Origin: Candidatus Bathyarchaeota archaeon | Lineage (GTDB): Archaea; Thermoproteota; Bathyarchaeia; TCS64 | Assembly: GCA_963769425.1 (NCBI GenBank) | Contig: CAVYLP010000006.1 | Span: 224,001-288,000 of the forward strand | Length of the DNA: 64,000 nucleotides | Direction: 5' to 3' | Made by a program: the position numbers and the translations under genes | The notes under the pieces: model-generated | The model's input: the letters and a program-made list of their open reading frames with translations, nothing else | Told to the model about the DNA's origin: nothing | Database searches by the model: none | Shown: piece by piece, positions 19,269-29,102 of the stretch | Position numbering within the stretch: position 1 is the stretch's first letter | Layout: each line of letters opens with the position of its first letter

Positions 19269-19607
19269 TTATACTCTCCTTATGCTTATGTCCCTCTTCT
19301 TCTGCTGCCCCTCTAACTGGATGAGGAGCCTCTTCAGCTGCTCATCCGTGATTGGGAGGGGTACCCTTCCACCCTGAGCGATCTGGACGAGCTCGAGTTC
19401 GAGCTGCTGGCCGAACTCGGGGCGCACCATCTTGATGTTGGCGAGCCGGAGCCGCGCCTCGGGTGTAAGGAGCCTTCGCATGAGGTTCTGCTTCTGAGCC
19501 TCGGCTTCAGCTGCGGCGCGCTGCTGTTCAGCACCCTGTTGCTGCTTAGCCTGAAGCTCAGCCATGCGCTGGGCCTTAAGCCTCTGTAGCTCTTCGTCAC
19601 CCGACAT
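19269..19607 (-). CDS. PDCD5-like DNA-binding protein
   Basis: LTPEAR.RL.NI.MVRPE...ITDEQLK; canonical position after eS19. Confidence 0.93.
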   Translation of the reverse strand: MSGDEELQRLKAQRMAELQAKQQQGAEQQRAAAEAEAQKQNLMRRLLTPEARLRLANIKMVRPEFGQQLELELVQIAQGGRVPLPITDEQLKRLLIQLEGQQKKRDISIRRV

Positions 19608-19619
19608 AGGCGACCACGA

Positions 19620-20075
19620 CTAGACTGCCTTTATCTCGGACCTTTCCCTGTCCAGGTCCTTCTTTATCTGGGTCGACATGGCGTCGAGGAGGCTTCGCCC
19701 CTTCTTGCTGACGACGCGGCCGGATTTATCGACCTTATCGACGAGGCCCGCCTTCTCGAGCTGCTGTAGTGAGATGCGTATGATGCTGCCGCCCGCTTTC
19801 GCGTGGTGACCCGGTGAGTTACCGACCCTCTTGCGTCCGCCGTACTCCCCCCTCAGCCTCTGGACCCCTACGGGGCCGTTCATGTAGAGCTTCCTGAGTA
19901 TGGAGGCGGTCCTGACGTACCACCAGTCGGGCATCTCTGGCACCCTCTCGACGTGTGCGCCCGTCTTGACGTGGGCTGCCCATTCGGGTGGGGTGACTTC
20001 CTTGATGTTCTCCTTGATGTAGCTGCTTAGTTTCCCTATGAGCACTTCCGCTGGCACGTCGTAAGCTGTCGTCAT
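19620..20075 (-). CDS. rps19e: 30S ribosomal protein eS19
   Basis: PEWA.HVKTG...ER.P...DWWY.R.AS.LRK, GGSIIR..LQQLE. Confidence 0.97.
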   Translation of the reverse strand: MTTAYDVPAEVLIGKLSSYIKENIKEVTPPEWAAHVKTGAHVERVPEMPDWWYVRTASILRKLYMNGPVGVQRLRGEYGGRKRVGNSPGHHAKAGGSIIRISLQQLEKAGLVDKVDKSGRVVSKKGRSLLDAMSTQIKKDLDRERSEIKAV

Positions 20076-20394
20076 CTCGTTCCCTTTTCCCAGATGCTAC
20101 TCTATCCGAGCAGGGAGTGGCATATATAGATGTGCCTTTCCCCGCTTTTTAGCAACTGTTAACCACACCCTCCAAATTTAAAGGTTTAGCCGATGCATCC
20201 GGATCGCCCCAAGCGGCTAACGGAGGGGTACATTTAAAAAAATGGGCGCACACGTGCCTGACACGGGAGAGGGCAGCTCGTCGTCATATTCACCGAGGGG
20301 GATCTAGCAACTACACGCACCTGATCGCGAGCTTCAACACGGAACTCGGGAGCTCCAAGACAAGAAGTTTGAAGGTGGCATCCTCGGGTCAGGG

Positions 20395-20688
20395 CTAGCG
20401 CTCTTCCCGCTTGTCGTAGGCGTAGATCTCGATGTACCCGCAGAGGGTGCACCTGTACGCCTTGATCTTGAGGGCCTTCTTCTCGTCGCTCTTTATGAGG
20501 AAGCCCGTCTTGCGCCCCGTCTTCTCCTCCCAGTAGGGGCGGCTGGTCGAGGACTGGTAGACGCTCGGGACGGGGCCGCCGGGTAGGCCGCTCATGTAGG
20601 AGTTCATCTGGCTGGGCATCACGGAGTCGGTGTCGAACCTGATCTCGCCCTCCGTCATGACTCCGCCGCACTTGGGGCACTTGTCCAT
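20395..20688 (-). CDS. small zinc-ribbon protein
   Basis: CPKCGG.M.EG at the N-terminus and AYRC..CGYIE.YA at the C-terminus. Confidence 0.8.
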   Translation of the reverse strand: MDKCPKCGGVMTEGEIRFDTDSVMPSQMNSYMSGLPGGPVPSVYQSSTSRPYWEEKTGRKTGFLIKSDEKKALKIKAYRCTLCGYIEIYAYDKREER

Positions 20689-20692
20689 GGCA

Positions 20693-21625
20693 TCACGCCT
20701 TGAGGTACTTCTTCGGCATCTTGGCGACCACTGTGTAGAGGGGGTCGACTATCTGGGCTATCCTCGATTTCGCCGCGATGCTCTGGAACATGTAGGCGTC
20801 GTCCCTGGCCCAGCCGTAGTCGGCGACCATCCAGTTGACGAGCTCGCGGTGGGCGAGGCGCGCCGCGTCCTCGAGGGGCTTGGCGCTACAGACGGTCATG
20901 ATCTCCTCAGGGGACTCGACGCGGGGCCAGGCTATGGTGTAGCGCTTCTTGACGCCGAACCTGAGCTTGACGACGGCGGGTATCTCTATGGCTGAGCCGC
21001 CGACCTCGCCGTCTCCCTGTACGGCGTGGACGTCGCCGAGGCCGAAGAGGGCACCGGGCTGGTTCACGGGGAGTATGAGGGTGTTGCCGGGCTTAATGTC
21101 GGGGCAGTCCATGTTGCCGCCGTGGGGGCCGGGTGTGAGTGTGTTTATCGCCTCGTAGACGGGGGAGTTGCCGATGGTCCCGATGAATGGCTCCGCGGGG
21201 ACCTCGACGATTCTCCCGCCGTCGGTCTTGTAGAGGACCTTGCCTGCTCTGATCTCGCTGATTTTCGTCCGGGGGGTCATGAGGTTGAGCCATCCCTCTA
21301 GGGAGCCGAACCCGGGGCTGATGGTCGTCGCCCCACTCTTGGGGAGCTCGATCCCTAGAATCTCAACCGTGAGGCTGTCGCCGGGCTCTGCGCCTTCGAC
21401 GTAGACTGGTCCGGTGACTGGGTTGACGGGGACCTTTACCCCCTTCTCAAGCGCCTGCGCTCGGGTCTGCTCCGTTTTGACGCAGCCGCCGAAGGCGTCC
21501 CAGGTCTCTATCTCGACCTCCTCGCCGGGCTTCACGGTGGCGATGGGCTTGTTGAAGGGACTGAGGGTCGACGTCCCGGAGGGTGTAAGCTTCTCGAAGG
21601 GTATCTTGGGTATCCTCTTGACCAT
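20693..21625 (-). CDS. acetamidase/formamidase family protein
   Basis: NPVTGPVYVEGAEPGD.L, PGPHGGNMD, GDVHA.QGDGE. Confidence 0.93.
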   Translation of the reverse strand: MVKRIPKIPFEKLTPSGTSTLSPFNKPIATVKPGEEVEIETWDAFGGCVKTEQTRAQALEKGVKVPVNPVTGPVYVEGAEPGDSLTVEILGIELPKSGATTISPGFGSLEGWLNLMTPRTKISEIRAGKVLYKTDGGRIVEVPAEPFIGTIGNSPVYEAINTLTPGPHGGNMDCPDIKPGNTLILPVNQPGALFGLGDVHAVQGDGEVGGSAIEIPAVVKLRFGVKKRYTIAWPRVESPEEIMTVCSAKPLEDAARLAHRELVNWMVADYGWARDDAYMFQSIAAKSRIAQIVDPLYTVVAKMPKKYLKA

Positions 21626-21675
21626 CGGAATCAATTCAAGAGGCGCCTAAGCCCCTTTAACGGTTGCCACGGGGG

Positions 21676-22464
21676 CTACTTGCCCTTGAAGACGGTCTTC
21701 TTGCCCTTGACGACGTTGGCGAGGCCGAGCTTCGCGTCCTCGGTCTGCCAGACGACGTCGGCGGCCTCCGCCTCCTTGGCCTTGGCCTCGGCCTGGGTGC
21801 CCCAGGTGGCCTCGCGGACGCAGTCCTTGAACCACTTTACGGCGACGGGTGCGGCGGTCGCCATCTTCCTGGCGATGCTGAGCCCGACCTCGTCGAGTAC
21901 GTCGTCGGGGACGACCCTGCTGGCGAGGCCCATCTCGTAGGCCTGGCGGCCGGTGAAGCCCTCGTTCAGGAACATGTAGTCGTAGACCCGGTTCCTGCCG
22001 ATCCATCGGGGTAGGCGCTGGCTGCACATGCCCCAGCTTCCGACTATGCCGTAGTAGATGTCACCGTCGTGTATGTTGAAGGTCTCGCCGACGATGCGTA
22101 TGTCGAAGGCGCTGAAGATCGAGGTTGATCCGCCGAAGCATATGCCTTTGGCGGCGACGAGGGTGGGCTTCGGGTACATGTCGATGCGCTCGACGAGTGC
22201 GCCGCCCTGGTCGCTGAAGGGCGTCGTGTCGGCCCCCGCCTCGATGGTCTCCGTGATGTCCTCGAAGCCGGCGCCGCCAGAGAAGTTGGGGCCGACGCTG
22301 TTCAGCATGACGCAGCGGATGTCGTCGTCTCCCTCGAACCTGTCGAGGGCGTCGAGTATCTCGGCGATGACGCGCTGGGTCATCTGGTTGTCGTTCTTGG
22401 GATCGTTTATCGTCATTACGGCGACCTGGCCGTCCTTCCTGACCTTGAGCCTCTTATAATCCAA
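21676..22464 (-). CDS. crotonase/enoyl-CoA hydratase superfamily, copy 1
   Basis: PKP.L.A..G.C.GG, DIR, EDAK.G......K..F.GK. Confidence 0.9.
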   Translation of the reverse strand: MDYKRLKVRKDGQVAVMTINDPKNDNQMTQRVIAEILDALDRFEGDDDIRCVMLNSVGPNFSGGAGFEDITETIEAGADTTPFSDQGGALVERIDMYPKPTLVAAKGICFGGSTSIFSAFDIRIVGETFNIHDGDIYYGIVGSWGMCSQRLPRWIGRNRVYDYMFLNEGFTGRQAYEMGLASRVVPDDVLDEVGLSIARKMATAAPVAVKWFKDCVREATWGTQAEAKAKEAEAADVVWQTEDAKLGLANVVKGKKTVFKGK

Positions 22465-22522
22465 AACTCTGCACCGCTACGATTGCGGTGTTTTGTTCTT
22501 TAATAACTTCTGATGGGGCGGG

Positions 22523-23314
22523 CTACTTGCCCTTGAAGGTGAACTTCTTGCCCTTGACTACGTTGGCTAGGCCGACCTTGGCGTCCTCGGTCTTCCAGAC
22601 CTCGTCGGCGGCCTCCGCCTCCTTGGCCTTGGCCTGCTTGAGCGTGCCCCAAGTGGCTTCCCTGACGCAGTCCTTGAACCACTTGACGGCGACTGGAGCC
22701 GCCGTGGACATCTTCTTGGCTATGGCGAGGCCGACGTCGTTCACGACCTCGTCGGCGACGACCTTGCTGGCTATGCCGAGCTCGTAGGCCTGCCTTCCGG
22801 TGAAGCCCTCGTTCAGGAACATGTAGTCGTAGACCCTGTTCCGCCCTATCCAGCGGGGGAGGCGGAGGCTGCACATGCCCCAGGAGCCGACGATGCCGTA
22901 GTAGATGTCCCCGTCGTGGATGTTGAAGGTCTCGCCAACTATCCTGATGTCGAAGGCGCTGAAGACGGCGGTCGAGCCGCCGAAGCACATGCCCTTGGCG
23001 GCGACGAGGGTGGGCTTCGGGTACATGTCGATGCGCTCCACGAGGGCGCCGCCCTGATCACTGAAGGGAGTCGTCTCGGCGCCGGACTCTATCGTCTCGG
23101 TTATGTCCTCCGCTCCGGCGCCGCAGCTGAAGTTGTCGCCGGTGCTGCGAAGCATCACGGCTCGTACGCCGTCGTCCTTCTCGAACCCGTCGAGCGCATC
23201 CAACATCTCCCCGACGACGACCTGCGTGATCTGGTTATTGTTATTCGGGTCGTTCAGGGTGATTATCCCGACCATCCCGTCCTTGCTAGTCTTGATCTTC
23301 TTATACGCCAACAA
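22523..23314 (-). CDS. crotonase/enoyl-CoA hydratase superfamily, copy 2
   Basis: Tandem paralog, nearly identical to copy 1 over the C-terminal two-thirds. Confidence 0.9.
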   Translation of the reverse strand: MLAYKKIKTSKDGMVGIITLNDPNNNNQITQVVVGEMLDALDGFEKDDGVRAVMLRSTGDNFSCGAGAEDITETIESGAETTPFSDQGGALVERIDMYPKPTLVAAKGMCFGGSTAVFSAFDIRIVGETFNIHDGDIYYGIVGSWGMCSLRLPRWIGRNRVYDYMFLNEGFTGRQAYELGIASKVVADEVVNDVGLAIAKKMSTAAPVAVKWFKDCVREATWGTLKQAKAKEAEAADEVWKTEDAKVGLANVVKGKKFTFKGK

Positions 23315-23443
23315 CGGACACCGGATCAGAGTCGATGTTTCACCCTTAAATAACTTCTAAACGTGGGCGCGGCGCTCATAGGAAAGATTAAATGCAGGAT
23401 ATATTGTTCCTTTCATAGCAGTTCAAGGAATAGGTGCATTAAA

Positions 23444-23746
23444 ATGGAGTACATGTACGCCGCTATGCTTCTCCACAGCGCGAAGAAGCCAATCACAGAG
23501 GAGGCGGTCACCGCCATACTCGCAGCCGCCGGTGTAGCCGCCGACGGTGTACGCGTCAAGGCCCTCGTCGCCGCCCTCGCGGAGGTCAACATCGACGAGG
23601 CGTTGAAGGCGCCGGTCTTCGCAGCCGCCGCAGCCCCAGCCGCCGCGCCAGCTGAGGCGAAGGAGGAGAAGAAGGCAGCCGCCAAGCCAAAGGTTGAAGA
23701 GAAGAAGGAAGAGGACCTCCAGGGTCTGGGCGCCCTCTTCGGTTAA
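23444..23746 (+). CDS. rpl12: 50S ribosomal stalk protein P1 (L12)
   Basis: [11 protein letters not shown], Ala-rich hinge, C-terminal GLGALFG. Confidence 0.96.
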   Translation: MEYMYAAMLLHSAKKPITEEAVTAILAAAGVAADGVRVKALVAALAEVNIDEALKAPVFAAAAAPAAAPAEAKEEKKAAAKPKVEEKKEEDLQGLGALFG

Positions 23747-23909
23747 CCTCACAACCTTCAGTTTCTTAGCACTTTTCAATTTCCAAAGTTCTCTTCATTT
23801 TTCGATTACCCAGATAGGGGTTTGATCCTTCATTCTTTGAGAGGAATGGGTGCTGGGACCGATGTATAATTCAAAAAGATTTTCAGTGGAGCCCAATCAT
23901 TCTCTTGGG

Positions 23910-25805
23910 ATGCTCACCTCCGACGAAATCCGCAGCCGGTTCCTCGCCTACTACACGCAGAGGGGACACACACTGATCCCGTCGGCCTCGCTGCTGCCCG
24001 AAGGCGACGTGACGACCCTCTTCACCGGGTCGGGGATGCAGCCGCTGATCAAGTTCCTGCTCGGCGAGCCTCACCCCAGCGGGGCGCGCATCGTGGACTC
24101 GCAGAAGTGCTTCAGGTCGGAGGACATAGACGAGGTCGGGGACAATAGGCACACCACCTTCTTCGAGATGCTGGGGAACTGGTCGCTGGGCGACTACTTC
24201 AAGGCGGAGCAGCTCCCGTGGGTTTTCGACTTCCTCGTGGGGGAGCTGGGGATAGACCCGAAACGGCTCTACGTCACCGTCTTCGCTGGGGAGGAGAAGT
24301 ACAGCATCCCGAGGGACGACGAGTCCGTCGGCATCTGGCAGAAAATATTCAAGAAGGCGAACATAGATGCGAAGGCCGTCCTCATCGGGGACCCCGACCG
24401 GGGGGGCGAGGTGGGGATGCAGGGCGGCAGGATATTCTACTACAGCTCGAAGAAGAACTGGTGGAGCCGCGCGGGTCCGCCGGAGAAGATGCCAGCCCGC
24501 GAGCCGGGTGGGCCCGACTCGGAGATATTCTACGACTTCGGCACCCCACACGACACCAAGTATGGGCCTCACTGCCACCCGAACTGCGAGTGCGGCAGGT
24601 TCATGGAGATCGGGAACTCGGTCTTCATGGAGTACACGAAGACGGACGACGGCAGGTTCGAGAAGCTGCCTCAGAGGAACGTCGACTTCGGCGGCGGGCT
24701 GGAGAGGATAGGGGCCGCGGTCACGGGCAACTCGGACATGTTCGCCATAGACCTGCTCAAGAGCCTGGTGGATGCCCTGCCGGGGTCGGAGATGAGGTCG
24801 AAGAGGATCGTGGCGGACCACGTGCGCGCCGCGGCGTTCCTCATCACAGACGGCGTCGAGCCGTCGAATAAGGACAGGGGCTACATGCTGCGCAAGGTGC
24901 TGAGGAGGTCGATGGTGCACGTCGGGATGCTGGCTAGGGGCGTGGACCCGACCTGCGACCTCGGCACGGTCTACTGCGACACGATGGAGAGGCTCTTCGG
25001 CATAGTCTGCGACGAGTACGCGGGAGCGTATGCGCTTAACCGGGAGAGGATCATCGCCGTCTACCGCGCAGAGTCGGACAAGTTCAGCAAGACCTTCGTC
25101 AACGGCATGCGCCGCCTCGAGCGGCTCGAGGCCGTGGACACGGAGACCGCCTTCACCCTCTACGAGAGCTTCGGGCTGCCCTACGAGGTGATAAAGGAGT
25201 TCGGCGGCGCCAAGACGGCTCAGCTGACGCGCGAGGCGTTCGAGGAGAAGCTTGAGGCGCACAGGCAGGCGAGCCGCGTCGGGGCGGAGAAGAAGTTCGG
25301 CGGCCACGGGCTTGTGCTCGACACGGGTGAGTTGAAGGCGAAGGATCAGGCGGAGGTGGAGAAGGTGATTCGGCTGCACACGGCGACGCACCTGCTCCAC
25401 GCGGCGCTGCGCGAGGTGTTAGGGAGCGAAGTCCATCAGTCGGGCTCCGACATCACGCCGGAGCGCGCCCGCTTCGACTTTACCTTCCCCCGCAAGCTTA
25501 CGGAGGAGGAGATAGGGCGCGTCGAGGAGATCGCCAACGGCATCGTTGCGCAGGACCTCAGGGTCGAGTGCAAGGAGATGCCCAAGGCGGAGGCGGAGAA
25601 GACCGGCGCCCTCAGCTTCTTCAAGGCGAAGTACGGCGACAAGGTCAAAGTATACTACGTCGGAAAGAGCCTCGAGGCAGCCGTCAGCAAGGAGTTCTGC
25701 GGCGGACCACATGTGCAGCGGACCGGACTAATCGGAAAGATCAAGATCACGAAGGAGGAGGCGGTCGCCGCGGGGGTCCGTAGAATCAGGGCCACAGTCG
25801 AGTGA
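23910..25805 (+). CDS. alaS: alanyl-tRNA synthetase, short form lacking the C-Ala domain
   Basis: LFTGSGMQP, H.TFFEMLGNWS.GDYFK, DFGGGLER, ADHVR, editing motifs HTATHLLH and EFCGGPH. Ends at GVRRIRATVE. Confidence 0.95.
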   Translation: MLTSDEIRSRFLAYYTQRGHTLIPSASLLPEGDVTTLFTGSGMQPLIKFLLGEPHPSGARIVDSQKCFRSEDIDEVGDNRHTTFFEMLGNWSLGDYFKAEQLPWVFDFLVGELGIDPKRLYVTVFAGEEKYSIPRDDESVGIWQKIFKKANIDAKAVLIGDPDRGGEVGMQGGRIFYYSSKKNWWSRAGPPEKMPAREPGGPDSEIFYDFGTPHDTKYGPHCHPNCECGRFMEIGNSVFMEYTKTDDGRFEKLPQRNVDFGGGLERIGAAVTGNSDMFAIDLLKSLVDALPGSEMRSKRIVADHVRAAAFLITDGVEPSNKDRGYMLRKVLRRSMVHVGMLARGVDPTCDLGTVYCDTMERLFGIVCDEYAGAYALNRERIIAVYRAESDKFSKTFVNGMRRLERLEAVDTETAFTLYESFGLPYEVIKEFGGAKTAQLTREAFEEKLEAHRQASRVGAEKKFGGHGLVLDTGELKAKDQAEVEKVIRLHTATHLLHAALREVLGSEVHQSGSDITPERARFDFTFPRKLTEEEIGRVEEIANGIVAQDLRVECKEMPKAEAEKTGALSFFKAKYGDKVKVYYVGKSLEAAVSKEFCGGPHVQRTGLIGKIKITKEEAVAAGVRRIRATVE

Positions 25806-25885
25806 TGCAGTCTCCGTATTTGGATGACCGACTCACGCCCACCTATTCGCTCAGATTAATCAATCGCCATCAAATACAACTCAAC

Positions 25886-26173
25886 ATGTACGTCTCCATC
25901 ACTACGAGTCGGGTTAACGGGAAAGACGCGGTTGAGTTTGAAAAATTCCTGGCTGATTTTCTGCCAAAGGTGAAGGAACAGCCGGGTGCCGAGGTCATCT
26001 ACCACTACTCGAGACCAGGCAAGAGCGACGAATGCAGCGTAGTCATCTGGAGGGACGAGGAGTCGTTCACAGCCTATGATGAAGGCGAATTGGCCATGGA
26101 GATGCTTTCCTTCGAATTAAGTCACGGGATAAAGAGCGTTCGCGAAGCCTATCCGACATTGTTTTTCCTGTAA
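25886..26173 (+). CDS. ABM (antibiotic biosynthesis monooxygenase)-like ferredoxin-fold protein
   Basis: Size about 95 aa; PG....W.DEESF.AY pattern. Confidence 0.65.
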   Translation: MYVSITTSRVNGKDAVEFEKFLADFLPKVKEQPGAEVIYHYSRPGKSDECSVVIWRDEESFTAYDEGELAMEMLSFELSHGIKSVREAYPTLFFL

Positions 26174-26226
26174 GATGACGACCATCCGAGTCAGTTTCAT
26201 AATCTAGGGTTACATTCAGCCACCTG

Positions 26227-27663
26227 ATGTCGGACCGAGGTACACCCCCAAAATTATCACTGTTTGACGTAACCAACCTCGTCGTTGGTGCCATAATCGG
26301 GGCTGATATCTACGTCGCCTCGAGCTTCGGGGCGGCCTACCTCGGACCTTCATCCCTGATTGTCTGGGTGGTCGCCGGGGTGATCGCCATCGTGATAGCG
26401 CTATGTTTCGCCCAATGCGCCGCCTACCTCCCAAGGGTTGGTGGACCATACGCCTATGCGAGGGATGCCTGGGGCCCGTTTCCGGGGTTCATAGTCGGCT
26501 GGTCTCTCTGGCTGGCGGAGTGGATAAGCCTGGCAGTCTTCCCGGTGGCATTTGTCAGGTACCTCACGTTCTTCCTGCCAAACCTCGATCCCCTCTCTCA
26601 GGTTCTAGTCAAGGCGTGCTTTGTGGCATTCCTTATTGTGACGAATGTTCTTGGCGTGAAGGCGGCGGGGAGGACCAATGACATTCTAACGATCGTCAAG
26701 CTCGCTCCGCTGATTCTCTTCGTTGTGGCGGGTACCGGCTACGCGCTTCTCAACACGGCTACGGTGGCGAGTAACCTCGCCCCGTTTTCTCCGTTTGGTT
26801 ACGGTAGCTTCGGCTTAACCCTCGTGCTCGTCTTCTGGGCGTACGCGGGGTTCGAGATCTCGACGATACCCGCCGACGTGGTTGAGGACCCGGGCAAGGT
26901 CATACCCAGGGCGATAGTTCTGGGCATGACAATCGTGACGGTCTTCTACCTCGCCACGAATGTGGTCCTCTTCGCGATTAGGCCTTCGCCTCAGCTGGCG
27001 ACGGATTTGGCGCCGCTTGCCTCGGCGACTGTGAGCATACTAGGCACGGGATCGATCCTCGCCATTCTGGGTGGGCTGGTTGTCAGTGTTGGAGCCTTGA
27101 TATCGGTGACGGGGTCCGATGAGTCGGGGATGATCGGCACGTCGAGGCTCGGGTACGCCCTCGCGGTCGACGGCCTGTTCCCCAAGATATTCGCCAAGGT
27201 GCATCCGAGGTACAAGACGCCCTACTTCGCCATCATCGTGCAGGGGGCAACGGCACTCGTTGCCTCGCTCTTAGGCAATCTGGGGACGCTTGTCGCGGTG
27301 TCGGTCTTCTTCCTCGCCGTCGCGTACGCAGCGACCTGTGCATCGATCCTCTCATTCCGCAGACGCGATCCGGAGCCCGCTTTCCGCCTCAGAGGGGGAA
27401 TCGCCCTACCGGTGGTTGGGGTTGTTTTCTCCATTTACCTCATCACCCAGTGCACGCTGTCCCAGATCACCATAGGATTGCTGCTCCTCGGAATCGGCGT
27501 GCCAATGTATCTGGCTTTTACCCCCAAGAAGGAACTCACCATCCTCAAGGAGGAACTGCTTGCTCCGGGAACTCTGCAGGAGGAGACGAAAAGAGTGAGG
27601 GAGAGGTTCCTGGCACATGCACTACTACACTTGAAGAATCTGTTTGAGAAAAAGCGTGAATAA
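26227..27663 (+). CDS. APC-family amino acid permease
   Basis: GAIIGA.IY, P.VGGPYAY, FWAYAGFE, P..FAKVHPRYKTP; about 12 hydrophobic segments. Confidence 0.93.
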   Translation: MSDRGTPPKLSLFDVTNLVVGAIIGADIYVASSFGAAYLGPSSLIVWVVAGVIAIVIALCFAQCAAYLPRVGGPYAYARDAWGPFPGFIVGWSLWLAEWISLAVFPVAFVRYLTFFLPNLDPLSQVLVKACFVAFLIVTNVLGVKAAGRTNDILTIVKLAPLILFVVAGTGYALLNTATVASNLAPFSPFGYGSFGLTLVLVFWAYAGFEISTIPADVVEDPGKVIPRAIVLGMTIVTVFYLATNVVLFAIRPSPQLATDLAPLASATVSILGTGSILAILGGLVVSVGALISVTGSDESGMIGTSRLGYALAVDGLFPKIFAKVHPRYKTPYFAIIVQGATALVASLLGNLGTLVAVSVFFLAVAYAATCASILSFRRRDPEPAFRLRGGIALPVVGVVFSIYLITQCTLSQITIGLLLLGIGVPMYLAFTPKKELTILKEELLAPGTLQEETKRVRERFLAHALLHLKNLFEKKRE

Positions 27664-27787
27664 TGACCCACAACTGTGACAAGGTGAAGGTCTACACCTT
27701 GTATCAAGTCATGCGTGAGAGAATATTTCTATACAGAACTAAAGATAATTTGATAAGTAATACTAAGCACTAAATTCTGTTAACAAA

Positions 27788-28312
27788 ATGCCATTAATTG
27801 ATAAAGTCACGCGTAAGCAAATATCAAGAAGAGATTTTAGTTTTCTATTTGGGCTGCTAATAATAATTTTAACCATATTTTTATCAGCAGGAGTCTATTT
27901 TCATTTATTTCAATTTCGATTCCTAGTAGGTCCACTCTTCCTCTCTCACTGGCTTAGCTGGATAGGAACCGCGTTTATCGCATTTTTTACTCCAACCTAT
28001 TATCTTCTGAAGTTACGCTACCCAAAAAATATACGAAGGCTACTCAGGTTCCACTGCCTAGGTTACTTGCTCGCATTCATGTTTATATCGATTCATTTCT
28101 TCAGTGAAATTCCACGTGGAACCGGCGAGGCATTGTACTTAACGACTTTAATCTTGGTGGTGTCCGGCTTCATTTTCAGATTTCGATTATTGCGCATGAG
28201 CATCGGAAGTTATAACATATCTCATATCATAAGATATATACATCTAAGTGTAGTTATGACATTCTATATTGTCATAGTTATACACGTAATCCAACACATA
28301 GGTGCACCATAA
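27788..28312 (+). CDS. membrane protein with His-bearing TM helices (cytochrome b/ferric reductase-like)
   Basis: About 5 hydrophobic helices with H in SHWLSWIG, RFHC, SIHF, YIHL and VIHV. Confidence 0.6.
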   Translation: MPLIDKVTRKQISRRDFSFLFGLLIIILTIFLSAGVYFHLFQFRFLVGPLFLSHWLSWIGTAFIAFFTPTYYLLKLRYPKNIRRLLRFHCLGYLLAFMFISIHFFSEIPRGTGEALYLTTLILVVSGFIFRFRLLRMSIGSYNISHIIRYIHLSVVMTFYIVIVIHVIQHIGAP

Positions 28313-28581
28313 GCAATTTAATGAGTTATTATCTGCGTGATGCATTTTATTTGTTTGGGTTTGAGGGATAAAATTCTATCACCTCGGATCAGGGACCCAC
28401 TTGTAACCACATTCTTCGTGAGAACATTTAACGGACAATCTGGGGGTCTTTGTTTTAATCATAACTAAATACTCTAAAATTGACTTAATCCTAACCTTTT
28501 TAACACTTCCGACAGGCGATTTTAGCTCATTTTAGGCTACAATTCCTAATCCTAGACCCCCAAGTTATATACTGCTAGTAA

Positions 28582-28770
28582 ATGTATGACACACCTCATC
28601 GAGGTGTTATCGGCATGTCCACTCCTCATAGTGATAAGAAAGTTAACTGGGGCGATGATTGTCCGGTGTGTGGAACCGAGAAATCGATTATTGCAGGAGT
28701 CGATATGGCTGACCATAGGAGACTAATCTTCAGATGTCTTAAATGCCATACGATTTTTCCTCATATTTAA
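28582..28770 (+). CDS. small zinc-finger protein
   Basis: CPVC...CLKC pairs; SD GAGGTG before an internal ATG near 28615. Confidence 0.5.
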   Translation: MYDTPHRGVIGMSTPHSDKKVNWGDDCPVCGTEKSIIAGVDMADHRRLIFRCLKCHTIFPHI

Positions 28771-28850
28771 CCCGACGACACTCATATGACTATGTTCAAC
28801 CTATTTGAAATTACTTCAGGTTTATAAAAAAAGCTTATTAATTATATTTC

Positions 28851-29102
28851 ATGGAGTCGGGCTCGATTAGAACTATAGCACATTTCATCGATAATCCAAA
28901 TAGCAAATTTATGATGGTACGCGATGGCTATCATGCTTTAGATTGGGATAATACGATGATGGTCTGCGTGAAGTGCAAGCACAATGTAGACCAAAGGCTA
29001 ACCCGAGATTACATCCAGATTTCATGTTCAAATAAAATAGAGTACAAAACGATGTTACAGACAAATTGGTGTAATCTCTGGGGACCGAAGACTAATTTCT
29101 GA
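28851..29102 (+). CDS. small Cys-rich hypothetical protein
   Basis: CVKCKH...C...WC.LW; TTTATAAA upstream. Confidence 0.45.
   Translation: MESGSIRTIAHFIDNPNSKFMMVRDGYHALDWDNTMMVCVKCKHNVDQRLTRDYIQISCSNKIEYKTMLQTNWCNLWGPKTNF

Noticed and set aside
23883-25400. 505-aa antisense ORF and similar long opposite-strand ORFs (14667-15782, 16978-17817, 59079-59903)
   Set aside because: Shadow ORFs of high-GC genes; they lie opposite well-supported CDSs and show no motifs.
28485-28540. Possible integron attC site (CCTAAC...TTAGGC)
   Set aside because: The right end lacks the GTT triplet, internal symmetry is poor, and no integrase or second site was found.
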